64,000 bases of DNA from Octopus sinensis (lineage: Eukaryota), in the NCBI RefSeq assembly GCF_006345805.1, contig NC_042998.1, forward strand, positions 41,850,001 to 41,914,000, read 5' to 3'. The notes beneath the pieces are model-generated. The model saw only the letters and a list, made by a program, of their open reading frames with translations. It was not told the DNA's origin and ran no database searches. Within the stretch, counting starts at the first letter, position 1, and every line of letters begins with the position of its first letter. Positions 34,699 through 48,994 of this stretch are shown one piece after another. A program made the translations under genes and the position numbers.

Positions 34699-34997
34699 TT
34701 ATAGTATTCTAGGTAGTTGCTTGTTTTGTTCTCTATTCTTTTATTCATATGTAAATGTATCCAGTCAACATCTGCACACTTTATCTATCTACATAGTCTG
34801 TGATATAATTGTTATGCTAATGTTGTTGAAGCATTCATTGCATGTGTTTGCATGCTTGCACATAGTCAGGACTAAAGGTGACTACCATTTTGATGTAAAG
34901 AACAGTTTTCATTGTGTGAATCATGCTACCCAGCCATAAGAGATGTCTGAAAATTTGAACCTACTTACTTGCATAATTATCATAAACACAATAGTTT
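34699..34997. repeat. Copy 2 of the ~295-bp direct duplication
   Basis: See 32544-32837. Confidence 0.85.
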
Positions 34998-35107
34998 TTA
35001 AGACTTCAGATAACTATAGAATATTTTCTATATATTTGGGTTTTTGAATTACCCCTTCAGAATATTTCATAATTTTGCTTAAGTAATACACGCATACATA
35101 CATATAT

Positions 35108-35183
<76 letters not shown>

Positions 35184-35700
35184 ACAGGCCTTTCATTCCC
35201 AAATGGTTGCATTCATTTGTTTTCCTAGACCTCTTGTTTTTCGCTGATACAATTTAAATTTTCTTACTTAAGTTATCTATACTCTTTTACTAAGAGTACT
35301 CCTTAATTTTTCTTCAGCAAACCCATTCACTGCCTATGGATTTTTTATGACATCAAACTGGGAATGTCATGAAAAAATATTAACTACTTACTATTCTGAA
35401 GTCTTTATGACATTTCAATTTTGGTGAAGCAATGTCCCTCACTATAATAATGACGATATAGAATATTAACTTTTGTGCATAGAAAATATATATATTACAA
35501 ATTCTAAAAATGTTCACAATTCAAACATTTAGATGCATATAAAGATGGATAAACATTTTTACTCAGTTTTAAAAGACAAAACAATCTCCTTTAATTAGTT
35601 AATTTTGATCAGCACAATGAAATCCTTATTTGATTTTGTTTGCTGATATATTCAAATCCAGTTCAATTATGTGAGATAATTTTACAAATAGTTCTTTTAA

Positions 35701-35920
35701 CTCTTTAGCATCCAGATTACTTAGTCAAATGTATTACTTATCTATTCACATTGTTTTGAATTAATCATGCATTACCTTGTCGCTTTGTGATTCTGATGAT
35801 GTGATTGTATATTTTTAGAATGATATTGTAGGGTAGATGTAAAAGGCTAGATTTGGCTGGTTTGAACATAAAACAGGTATAATACTTGGGCTGGATATAG
35901 CTGCTTTAAATGCAAAAAGG
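35701..35920. mobile_element. TTAA-flanked MITE family 1
   Basis: ttaa|ctctttagcat ... atgcaaaaagg|ttaa. Confidence 0.78.
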
Positions 35921-36399
35921 TTAAAGAAAATTTTCACCTAGTTCTTATAGAATTTCACCAGAAATCAAAATGTAGCAACAACTAAGAACTCCACATTTTC
36001 AGTGTGGTCATCACAGTTTTTAGCTAAGCATTATAAGTTTACATTCATAATTATAACTCCGTAATTCTTATTCCTTCAATAAAATTCCTGTATAACTTTA
36101 CAAAACTATTCCTTCAGAAAACATTCTTCATCTGATTAACTCTCCTCTTAGTTCATCAATTTCATTTTATCATATTCTTGTTACAGGACCACACTGAATA
36201 CCTTCTAACATTCCCTTTCAACCAACAATTTACATTTTTTATCAAAGCTTTGCTAATCTACTTCAAGTCATGCAACCATTCAATTTCTTACAAAAATAAA
36301 GAGAAAAAATCTGAGGGTAGAGATGGACCTTGTGCATACATATTTTTACCCTAAAAATTTCATAGAACTCACAGCTGGCCTTATCCTATATTCCATCTA

Positions 36400-37150
36400 T
36401 TCATCTTTTCCATTCTCAAGGAGGTAGAGTGCTCCGGTATTTCCTCCATATGGTCCTATCAGAAGCTACCATCATTAGATTTTGCAGCTGGATTCCCAAG
36501 TACAGCTATCTGAGACTGGATATTATTCAGCCATCTCATTCTTAGTCTATCCTTAGTTTTCCTGCTGATTGACACAGTTTGAAGAGTCTGTCTTGTGATT
36601 CTTTCTTGCAGCATTCTAATCATATGTTTGTAGTTCTGAAGCTGTGACCTCTCAATGCTAAGTAGTGGCTTCACTGTGAGAGACTCCCAGATCTCTGAGC
36701 TACACACCCTACTGAGTAACATTACTCTATAGATCCTTTGGTGGAATCCCATTTCAGCCACATGAATTCATAATCATACTCTTTCTGTCATTACCCAATA
36801 TTCATCATGACCATAGGTGAGGATAGCCATGGAAACAGAATTAAACAACTGTCAAAACCTGTTCATCAATACTAAGCATTCTCTGTTCACTAGACCTCAA
36901 AGTATGGTAAACTTCTTGAAGCTTAGTAAGCAGCATATTATTTGTTTTTTGCCAATAACATCTTTTGCAGGTCTCTCACCAGAGATAAAATGATAGTAGT
37001 TCCACATTATGGCACAAATCCAAACTGTATAGATTCCATCCCAAATCTATCTTGCATTATGCTTCTTCTACCATTTTCAGTAATTGATTAATTTACTTGG
37101 ATCACATATAGTTTACACATCTCTTGCACTTTTCCGTTACTATTGCAGCA
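36400..37150 (-). mobile_element. Decayed RTE C-terminal fragment (third family)
   Basis: EMGFHQRIYRVMLLSRVCSSEIWESLTVKPLLSIERSQLQ ... RMRW resembles RTE post-RT regions. Confidence 0.7.
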
Positions 37151-37589
37151 ATTGACTAGTTTGCTGCTTTTTCAGTCATTGGAGATGATTGGTTTGAGAG
37201 TTTTAAGGGTCAGCTTAACATTTTACTACACTGAATATTGATGAAATAAGTTCTGATGTATTAGGATGAGTAGTCAAAATTGATCAAGACTAATGTTTAA
37301 CATGGATTGGAATAAATGAGAAAAATGTTTTCCAACTACTTCTAATTGTAATAGACTGATTAACATCAACAACAACAACAACAACAGTAACAATGATAAT
37401 GACGATGATGATGATGATGCTGATAATAACAACGTCAAAAACACAATAACTTAATTAAACATACATTGTTATATTACAGGGGCTATACATCTTTTAATTA
37501 AGATATTGTTTTGATTCTTTTATTACTGAATGCTAGTTTTTCATTTTAATTTGTCTTTATAATCCCCACTTGTATATGTATCTGCGCAT

Positions 37590-37663
<74 letters not shown>

Positions 37664-37869
37664 CACACACACACACACACATGCACACACATACACACAC
37701 ACACACACACAGAGGCATGTATTAGTACAAATATAACTGTATGGTTAAATTTGCTTCTCAGTCACATAGTTTTGGTTTGTCCCAACTGGGTAAGCATGTT
37801 CTATCAGAGTTTTAGTTTGACCAATATCTTGTGACTGGAATTTAACAGATATAACTCTATGGAAGCCTA

Positions 37870-38110
37870 TCATATGCCATCATCATCATCGCTTTAATGT
37901 CCATTTTTTCATGCTTGCATGGGTCAGATGGAATTTGTTTGAATCAGATTTTTCTATGGATGGATGCCCTTCCTATCACCAATAACTAGACATGTTTTAT
38001 TTCCACTAAATATCAGAAACAAAGGTCACCACTTGCATGACAGTGGCATTTATTTACAACTATCACATGAAGCCAAGGCAAGGAGGCAATAACATACACA
38101 AACATGCATA
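37870..38110 (-). mobile_element. RTE-tailed repeat family C
   Basis: catgcttgcatgggtcagatggaatttg ... ggatgcccttcc. Confidence 0.7.
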
Positions 38111-38399
38111 CACACACACACACCAATGTGTGTGTGTGTGTATGTATATATGTGTCTTTTCACCTCCAATAATAAAGAGCAGTCACCATATTTCACTCCA
38201 TAACTGCCATCTCTGAAGTGTGCAGAGTTACATGAGTGGGCTGTTATCTAACACTCTGTTCAACCCCTAGTGTGAAGCTGGTTGGTAAGATCAGCCATAA
38301 TGGATATATAATGTTGTACACTTTGATATATATATATATATATATATGAGATAGGTTTCTTCCAGTTTCTGTCTACAAAATGTATAGTAGAGTATATAT

Positions 38400-38790
38400 C
38401 ATCATCATCATCATTGTTTAATGTCTGCCTTCCATACTGGCATGGGTTGGACGGTTTGACTGAGGACTGGTGAGGTGTTTTTATGTGCAACCTGCACAGG
38501 AGCCAGTCCGGTGGCACTGGCAACGACCACACTCGAATGTTGATTTTCATGTGCCACAGGCACATGTGCTGGTAAGGCGATGCTGGCAATGATCATGCTC
38601 AAATGGTGCTTTTCACATGTCACCGGCACGGGAGCCAATCCATGGCACTGGCAATGATCATGCTGGGATATGTCCAATGAATGAGGGGTACTCATAAGTG
38701 GTCCGGTTACACCCCAAGTTCGGATGTGCTTTTAATGTTCCACTGGCATGAGTGCCAGTCAGGCAGTACTGTCGTTGGACACATCAGCAA
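38400..38790 (-). mobile_element. RTE 3'UTR copy with decayed tandem units
   Basis: ccatactggcatgggttggacggtttgactgagg followed by several ttttatgtgc/gtgccac units. Confidence 0.78.
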
Positions 38791-38799
38791 TTCACCCCC

Positions 38800-39110
38800 T
38801 CCTCCTTATCATTGTTTTAACATCCATTTTTCCATGCTTGCATAGTTCAGGCATGAGAATGTTGGACAGACTTCTTTTATGGTTGGATGCCTTTCCTCTC
38901 ACTAACCTTCTACCTGTTTCCTAGTGAAGTAATAATCTCCTAGTCTATCATACAGCAGCCTGGACATGTTTATGTGGAGAACTGGAAACATATAAATGAA
39001 CATTTTCTTTACAAAAACAGCATGATGTGTCAAGACATGTCAAAGAGCCTGGGTATACAAGGGAGTGACATTGTCAATGTGCATTGTTTATTGCTAATGA
39101 ACATGTGAAG
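38800..39110 (-). mobile_element. RTE-tailed repeat family C
   Basis: ccatgcttgcat ... ggatgcctttcc ... cctgtttcc. Confidence 0.6.
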
Positions 39111-39189
39111 ACAATGGAAATACAAACTCACTCACACAAACTCACACATGCATACACACACACATACACACAAACTCACACATGCATAC

Positions 39190-39350
39190 ACACAACAAAC
39201 TTCTTTCAGTTTACATCTACCAACCCCACTCATAAAGCTTTGGTTGGCCTGGGTCTATAGTAGAAGACATTTGCCCTAGATACCATGCAGTGGAACCGTA
39301 CCTGAAACTATGTGGTTTGGAAGCAAACTTCTTAGCCACAGAGCTATACT
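39190..39350 (-). mobile_element. SINE family A, 5' part
   Basis: aaagctttggttggcc ... gaagacatttgccc ... catgcagtgg. Confidence 0.8.
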
Positions 39351-39378
39351 TGTATCTATGTGTATGTATGTGTATATA

Positions 39379-39435
<57 letters not shown>

Positions 39436-40109
39436 TATATATGCATGGGAGCATATGTGTATAGAAATCTAATATTATTTATGGAAATATATAAACAGTG
39501 GCAGACTGACAAGTTTGCATAGCAATTGCTCTAACAACAAATGGGTACATCTAAACATAGTCAGCAATTTTGTTTATCAAATGCAGAAGTAATATGAAAA
39601 CCCAAGATACATGAAAATCTAAAGAGAGCATATTCTTAGCTAAAGAATTACAAGAACTCATGTATGGGTTTTGTTACTAAAAATTCACAATACTGGCAGA
39701 GTTCAGATGTTTCTCAAATGCAATGTTTAGCTTATTAGTCCTGTTGGGTTGTACATGAAATAAAATGCTATGCTTTTTGTTTTCAAATGTATGTGTCTGC
39801 AGTTGTGTACATATTTGTGCACATATATTTTCGAATTGTTAAAATGGTAAAGAAACAGAAATTAACTATATGTCATCATCACTGTTTATTTCTGTATGCC
39901 AACATGGGTTAGACGAAACTTAATGAGGAAGCTTTTTCTTTGGTTGAATCCTCATTCTATGTCAAATTCTTGTTTGTCAAGTTAGTCATTTTTCCCCCCA
40001 TTAATCCTCGCAATTCTACTAAGCTATGAAACATTTGTTCACTGAAGCAAGAAAACAATGTCATTGCTTTTTAGTCAGACCTGTTAATGATTATATGTGG
40101 TATCAACAT

Positions 40110-40375
40110 TCATGTGTACAATGCCCATGCACTGTAGTTTCGATTTACCAAATCCACACACAAGTCTTTGGTCTGCCAAGGGCAATAGAAGAAACCACTT
40201 GTACAAGATGCTGCATAATGGGACTCTACCAATGGAGGGCATCCAACTGTAGAAACCATGCCAGAGTAGACACTGGAGATTGATGCAGTGCTTGGACCAA
40301 TTAGATCCTGTAAAACCTTCTAACCTATGCCAGTATGGAACATGGTCATTAAACAATTATGATGATGATGATGAT
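40110..40375. mobile_element. SINE A fragment (minus) abutting an RTE tail (plus)
   Basis: aaatccacacacaagtctttgg, then gggcatccaactgtagaaacc ... atgccagtatgg ... (GAT)n. Confidence 0.65.
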
Positions 40376-40925
40376 GACACACACACACACATGGAATTTG
40401 GATGTTAAATGATGATGATAATGATGATGATGATCACTCACATTCACACACACACACACGCGCATGTGTGTGTGTATGTATCTATATATGTGTGATTTAG
40501 AATTTGCTTTACAGCAAGGAAATCTTTTGAATGTTGCGAGAATTATGTTAAAAAGTTCCACTTCTAAGATTTTAGAATATAGAAGATTTTAAAATATAGC
40601 CAACATGATTCTCAGTAATAATACCTCAACAAGAGATGGCTATGTCACTAGAATGTTAGAGTGGCTGCTTAATAGAATGGTACCTCTCTGTTCTAAGATC
40701 AGATCATATCAGAATTGTTTGACATTGCTTTTCATTATTCCAGAATCAATAAATCAAGCAGAAATAAATAAATACTAGCAATATACTTAAATTGATTATA
40801 TCAGTCATACACCCTCCTTTACAAAAAGGGGGCTTTGTACCTGTGAAAAAGAAATTATCATTAATCTTCTATATTCCTTGTTGATGCTTTTCACATTTGC
40901 TCTCTACCAATGAACGTATTACAAT

Positions 40926-41003
40926 TTCTTCTTCTTCTTCTTCTTCTTCTTCTTCTTCTCCTCCTCCTCCTCCTCCTCCTCCTCCTCCTCCTCCTCCTCC
41001 TCG

Positions 41004-41037
<34 letters not shown>
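40926..41037. repeat. Compound (CTT)n(CTC)n(ATC)n microsatellite
   Basis: Read directly. Confidence 0.97.
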
Positions 41038-42149
41038 TTTGTGTTGTTCATTTCAATCTATTAATTACATTAATGGAATAGTCAATTATCTTCACTATTT
41101 CATCTAGTTCTTTGTATTAGACACATCTCCTATGCTGCTAGTAATTTTTCTGAATAAAAACATGCTAATGTTTTGTATTTTTTTTTTCCTCTGATTTTAT
41201 GTTATTACTGCAATCTGTTTTGTAGTAGTTTAAAGGTATTTCAAATCCATGCATTTAATTGATTTCTTTCATTCCACTATATTTTATAAACCTTCTCAAT
41301 TTTTACTTTACATCAGTTATGATATTTGATGCGTAAATAGTAATTCTAGACATTTTACTGATTTCTATGATATTGTTTAAAATGGCAGAAGGGACAAATT
41401 TTCAATCCACAAAACAAATATGAATCAGATAACATAGTATTTAATGATAGTAAAAGTCAAGTGCCAATTATCCCCTGCAGAAAGGACTATGATTATCTCT
41501 TACTCTGTTAGAATAATATTCAGCCCCTCTCCTAAATCTTCACAGCATTAGTTATAGATAATTATCTTTTACTACCTTCCTAGAATCTCTTACAATTGTT
41601 GTCTATGAAACCTTATTGGAAGAGTTTCACCTCTTCTTCAAAGCTAAGTTGAATATTAATAATTGAGTATTTTATGAGTAATATGAATGAGAATATTAAT
41701 GATTGCCATGAGTATTTCAGCTAGACAATAGAGCACTAGCTTACTGATCAAAGAGTTTGCACTATCCATTCTGTAGCTGTGTCTATGGCAAATATACTAA
41801 ACTTTCAATAAATTCAGTCCATGTAGTTGTAAATGACTATAATATTGAAGTATAATTTTCAGCTGTGATCCAGTAGTGCCTCTGTGTTATTGTATAACTA
41901 ACATGCATATTGTGAGATGCTGTACTGAAATTAAATTGTATTATGCAACAGGAAACCATATCCTTCTGTAAACTACTGTATGAAAGTCTTCAGTCATCCC
42001 CCACAGGCTTGTTTCCAAGGCTTTATTTTTCTGTTAATACAGTGGTTGGCTCCACAGGATTCCATAACTGTTACTTTATGTCTCACGAATTGTGCTGAAA
42101 TTTGATGTAGATTCAATACTGGAAAGTTAACGTTGATGCAAGATATATA

Positions 42150-42387
42150 TATATTTCATTACTGCCCACAAGGGGCTAAACATAGAGGGGACAAACAAGG
42201 ACAGACAAAGGGATTAAGTCGATTACATTGACCCCAGTGTGAAACTGGTACTTTATTTATTGACCCCCGAAAGGATGAAAGGCAAAGTCGACCTGAGCAG
42301 AATTTGAACTCAGAACATAACGACAGACGAAATACCGCTAAGCATTTCATCCAGCGCACTAACGTTTCTGCCGGCTTGCCGCCTTCA
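42150..42387 (-). mobile_element. SINE family B, young full-length copy with 14-bp target-site duplication
   Basis: atgcaagatatata at 42136-42149 and 42388-42401; CpGs intact. Confidence 0.92.
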
Positions 42388-43289
42388 ATGCAAGATATAT
42401 AAGAATCTGAAAGCTTTCGAAGATAAATTTGTTACTTTATTTTTACTGTGCTCTTCAGTTGATATATAGTCAGTACTGAATGAGGATGTGAAACTCTTTC
42501 TGTGGTGGATTAATTTGAGGCTGCAGTGATTGAGAAGTTAATGACTGTATGAGATGAATTGGTTGGTACAGTTGGTAGAGATCAATGATCCTGTGCAATG
42601 AGATAAGTAATTAGTCAAGTGATTGTTGAGATGGTGATTTCAGCTGACAGTTATGGCAAAACAACCTAAATATGTGGGCTGTTGAACTGGGCTAAATGGC
42701 ATGTTGTTGAATAATTTGTAATATTCTGAGAATGTTTTACAACTTCCAAAATACTGGCTTTAAACAATCCTTTTTTCTATTTTTTTTTTGTGCCAGCAAA
42801 AATTTTTTGCTACAATAATCAATTCTGAAAAAAAAAACAACAAAAAAATTCTTAGTAGTATGTACGTACGCACGCGCACACACACACACATATACACACT
42901 CTCCCTCTCTTTCTGTCTGTCTGTCTCTCTCTCACACACACACACATATACACACTCTCCCTCTCTTTCTGTCTGTCTGTCTCTCTCTCACACACACACA
43001 CATATACAGTCACTTACGTTTGACGTAGCACACAAAAATGTAAGAATAAGATTTGGGGGTTTTATCAACTGCATATGTAGCTGAAATTAGATCTCATTGA
43101 TTTAATTTGCTCTTTTGTCTTGTGTTAAGGTCGTTAGTGAAACCAGTTCATCCAAATAAAGCCAACTATTGCTTTGGTATAAATTCTGAGAATCGCAACA
43201 GGTAAACATTTGTACCAGGCATATATGATTGAATCTTGGATACTGAAATTTTCTAGTAAGCATTATGGTGTCTCTAAACTTGGAATGGT

Positions 43290-43555
43290 TGGCAAGGGGG
43301 AGTGGAGAGAGGTGGCATGGGCATGTGTAGAGGAGGGATGAAGAGCATGTTCTGAGGAGGGTGATTGCGTTTGAGGTAAATGGAGAACGAAAACAAGGTA
43401 GACCAAGGAAAAGGTGGAGGAGATTGGGAGGGTTGGTTTGAAAAAGGAGGATGCCCAAAACTCAGCAAGGTGGTGTGAGGGTGGTTGCTATGGCATTGAC
43501 CCCCGTTAACAGGGACAAAACTTGGACTTAAAATGCTGGATGATGATGATGATGA
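43290..43555 (+). mobile_element. 5'-truncated RTE 3' end (another family)
   Basis: RWHGHV*RRDEEHVLRRVIAFEVNGERKQGRPRKRW, ending in (GAT)n. Confidence 0.78.
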
Positions 43556-44440
43556 TATATATATATATATATATATATATATCATCATCATCATGCAGCA
43601 TGCATGAATATCAAATAATATAATTTTTATAATTCATTCAAATTAATCTTTGATTCCTATATGTTTTGTCAATTTAATTTACAAATGCAATCATTTTGGT
43701 ATGGCATACTATTCTAATAATTTTTATTGTAAAGATTTTTCTCTTTCTCTTCATTGAAATCATATCTCTGTGGATCTCAAATAAATATTAAAATTGTTAA
43801 TTTATTAACATATAGATTTTATTCCATACTTTCTAAATATTTCATTTCAATTAAGCATTAAACTAACATTTAATCATGATTGTCTTCATTATCAAATCAT
43901 AATATTTTGATAACCTTACTTTTTATTACTTTTAAATACATATTATTCTCATCATCATTGTAAGTTTATTCACAACTCCTTCCTGGCTGTTTTTCTATAA
44001 AACACCTACTTCACTATTGTGTTTTTGTTAGATTTTTCCTACTAAACTTATTTCACTTGATGCAATATATTTACTTCATAAATCACAGCTTAAAGGAGTT
44101 AAACATGAGTAATATCAAGACTAGTATTAAGTTTTTCTTATAGTGGCACAAAGACATTTTTATAGGAGAAGGGTATGGTTGAACTGAATCAATCCCCATT
44201 AAATGCCTCGTACTTATTTGAATGATGAAAATAACCTAAAAGTATAAATGAAAGCAAAATATCCTTGCAGTACTTAGTCATGTCCTTTTACTTTCTGAGT
44301 TCAGTTCCCATCAATGTCAGTCTTGCTTTTAATCCCCCCAGGTCATTAAAATAAATACAAATCGAGTACTGATACTTACTTTACTCTTCCACCAAATTTG
44401 AGGCCATATGTGTAAGTTAAAAATTAGTATTATGATCAAA

Positions 44441-44474
<34 letters not shown>

Positions 44475-44475
<1 letters not shown>

Positions 44476-44630
44476 GGCGGCAACACGTTTAGCAGCACTT
44501 TGTCTATCTTTATGTTCTGAATTCAAATTCTGCTGGGGTCAATAAAATAAGTACCAATTGCACACTGGGGTCAATGTAATCGACTAGCTCCCTTTCTCCA
44601 AATTTCAGGCCTTGTGCCCGTGATAGAAAG
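44475..44630 (+). mobile_element. SINE family B, internally shortened, between (ATT)n runs
   Basis: aaggcggc ... ttctgaattcaaattc ... ggggtcaataaaataagtacc. Confidence 0.75.
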
Positions 44631-44654
44631 GATTATTATTATTATTATTATCCG

Positions 44655-44905
44655 CTTCACTGGCACATGTAAAAAGATTCGAGTGAGGTCATTGCCAGTA
44701 CCGCTTGACTGGCCCACGTGCAGGTGGCACGTAAAAAGCACCCACTACACTCTCGGAGTAGTTGGTGTTAGGAAGGGCATCCAGCTGTAGAAACTCTGCC
44801 AGATCAAGATTGGAGCCTGGTGCAGCCATCTGGTTCGCCAGCCCTCAGTCAAAATCGTCCAACCCATGCTAGCATGGAAACCGGACATTAAACAATGATG
44901 ATGGT
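44655..44905 (+). mobile_element. RTE 3' tail copy
   Basis: Two ggcac(a/g)t..aaaaa units, then the standard tail. Confidence 0.88.
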
Positions 44906-44929
44906 GATTTATGGACTCTCCTGTCGAAA

Positions 44930-45205
44930 ACGACATCTGAGTGTTCAGCTTTTGCTGAATGACCTGCACAAGTGATTTGCTTATAGTAATCAAATGTTTG
45001 TGCTGCACATTAGCTCACACCCTCCATCAAATCAACATTGCCTGAACAGCTGCACAGTGTACCATGCATCAGGTTTCAAAGTGGCCACGGAGCAATGTGA
45101 GATGAAGTGTTTTGCTCAAGAACACAATGCACCACTTGGTCTAGGAATTGAAACTATGATCATGTGATCGTAAGTGCAACACACTAACCACTAGACCATG
45201 TGTTT
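44930..45205 (-). mobile_element. tRNA-derived SINE sharing its head with family M
   Basis: Reverse complement tggtctagtgg ... gtttcaattcc ... ttgtgttcttgagcaaaacacttcat. Confidence 0.65.
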
Positions 45206-46475
45206 TTCATCTATCATCATCATCATCATCATCATCATCATTATTATTAAGGTGAGCGTGTTCTGAGGTCAAATTCCTTTATGTTAATTTTTGTTTTTCA
45301 TCCTACTGGGGTCAATAAAATAAGTACCAATGAAGAATTGTAGTGGGGATTTAATCAATAAGCATTTCCACTCTGAATTTTTAGCTTTGAGAAAATGTAG
45401 AAAATCATTATTAATATGATGCTAGTAATTTAATAGAAATGTTAGAAAATGGAACTAAAATTCAGTATTGAATTTTGACCCTTTACATTCTATGTTCATA
45501 TGGATTCATTATTGATTTTGGTCCCTTATGTTCCTGGAGTCAAAAACTGAGGTCAATGCAATTGACTACTCACTCCCACAAAATTTACTTCCATGTTACA
45601 AAGTAGGAAATTAACATATGCAGTAGAACAACAAGCAGAAGGCCTTGAAGTAATAAGTTCAACTCCCAACAGGTTACTTTGCCTTTTGTCTTTATGTCAA
45701 CAATAAAAAAATAAAAAAATTCCAGACAAATGACACATACTTTCCTCACACTTTACAGCCTTGATTGATATTGTCATCACTATTATTATCATCCATCTTT
45801 TGCAAATGATCTGGGTCAAAAAGAATGACTCAACTTGAGTTAGTCCAAGGGCAAAAGACCATGGCTGCTGTTTACAGTGTATCACTGGTTGTAGCCCTAG
45901 GCATTGTCAGAGCAGAAGCAAGCAAAATTGCCTTGGCCTCAGTGATCAGTACTAGGGGCCAACTAGAGATCAATAATGACTGAGAAGCTGGGTGAGAGGT
46001 TTCCTCCTCCAGTACAAAACCAGCCAGAGCTTTGCTAGCAATAACACTACTCCTTGTTTTGTAGTGATGAGGACAGAAGTATGGGGAACTATCAAAGACT
46101 GTTTGAAAAATGAGACATAAAGATATAGAGAGAGCAGTGCATGCCATCAAAGTGACACTGGGTAAAATATACGAAGCCCAGTATACCCATCCCACTCAAA
46201 AGGTCCCTAAATAAGGGTTGTTTAAGGATGTTGAACAAAACACCCATGTTTCCAGATGTGAATTATTCAAACCCCACAGAATCCCTCTCAACACATGGCT
46301 GTGATACTCCCCCACTATTTCTGCTCGTGATCAGAGATGCACATATCATCAGCCACTAAGGGACATGCTCAACTGGTGAAGGTCAAACAACTGACAAGCA
46401 AATCTGTGGTATTGAGCAGAATATTTGCTGTAGCCCATCTTTTATACCAAGACAAAACAATGTACATGATAACAC

Positions 46476-46509
<34 letters not shown>

Positions 46510-46519
46510 TCAAGTTTTT

Positions 46520-47860
<1,341 letters not shown>

Positions 47861-48059
47861 TGTGGATACATATTTTGTATCTCAGCCTCCATCACAGATT
47901 TATTCTACATTTTATTCTACATTTTATTCTATATTTCACCATGCTTGAACAGGTGGTCAGGTCTTTTTCTAGCACAGTATGCCACTTTTGGTCACTTTTA
48001 AGAGATGCAACATCTTTAAATAGACTTTACCACTTCAAGACAAGTCTTTGTTGGTCTCT

Positions 48060-48107
48060 CTCATATATATATACATACACACACACCACACACACACACA
48101 CACACAC

Positions 48108-48177
<70 letters not shown>

Positions 48178-48218
48178 ATAATATATATACATATATATAT
48201 ATACATATATATATATAC

Positions 48219-48249
<31 letters not shown>

Positions 48250-48251
48250 AC

Positions 48252-48282
<31 letters not shown>

Positions 48283-48347
48283 ATATATATATATACATAT
48301 ATAATATACATATATATATACATATAATATATATATATACATATATA

Positions 48348-48404
<57 letters not shown>

Positions 48405-48492
48405 CATATATATATATACATATATATATATATAATATATATACATATATATATACATATATTATATATATACATATATAATATATATATAC

Positions 48493-48550
<58 letters not shown>

Positions 48551-48610
48551 TATATATATATGTATATGAATGTGTATGTGTGTGTGTATATGTATATATA
48601 TATATATATA
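48060..48610. repeat. Long interrupted (TA)n/(CA)n/(TG)n block
   Basis: Read directly. Confidence 0.97.
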
Positions 48611-48614
48611 TGAC

Positions 48615-48755
48615 CAGCTTCTGTCTCCAAATCCACTCACAAGGCTTTGGTCGGCCTGAGGCTACAGTAGCAGACAGTTGCCCAAGGTGCCATGCAGTGG
48701 GACTGAACCCAGAACCGTGTGGTTAGGAAGCAAATTTCTTACCACACAGTCATAC
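48615..48755 (-). mobile_element. SINE family A, 5' part
   Basis: aaatccactcacaaggctttggtcggcc ... cccaaggtgccatgcagtggg. Confidence 0.85.
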
Positions 48756-48760
48756 CTGAT

Positions 48761-48910
48761 TATTTAATAATGGTTTCATTTGGCTCCATACAACTTAGAG
48801 TTTTGTTAGCTTGTAAAATGAACCTAGCTCATCTGATGAGCTAAGTTAATTTTACAAGCTAATGATACTTTTAGTTGAATGAAGCTGAATTAAACAAACT
48901 TATTGAATAA
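48761..48910. repeat. ~150-bp imperfect palindrome centred on CTGATGAG
   Basis: Core arms 48806-48833 and 48835-48862 (26/28 identical); looser pairing extends to ~48761 and ~48910. Confidence 0.82.
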
Positions 48911-48994
48911 TTTATATATGGGACTCCTACCTAATGTGTTGAGTGTCACTTTCTTTCGTTTGTCCACTCTCCTGTAGTATATATATATGTATGA

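Noticed and set aside
41943-42101. 52-codon plus ORF MQQETISFCK...
   Set aside because: Short, no motif, no consistent donor.
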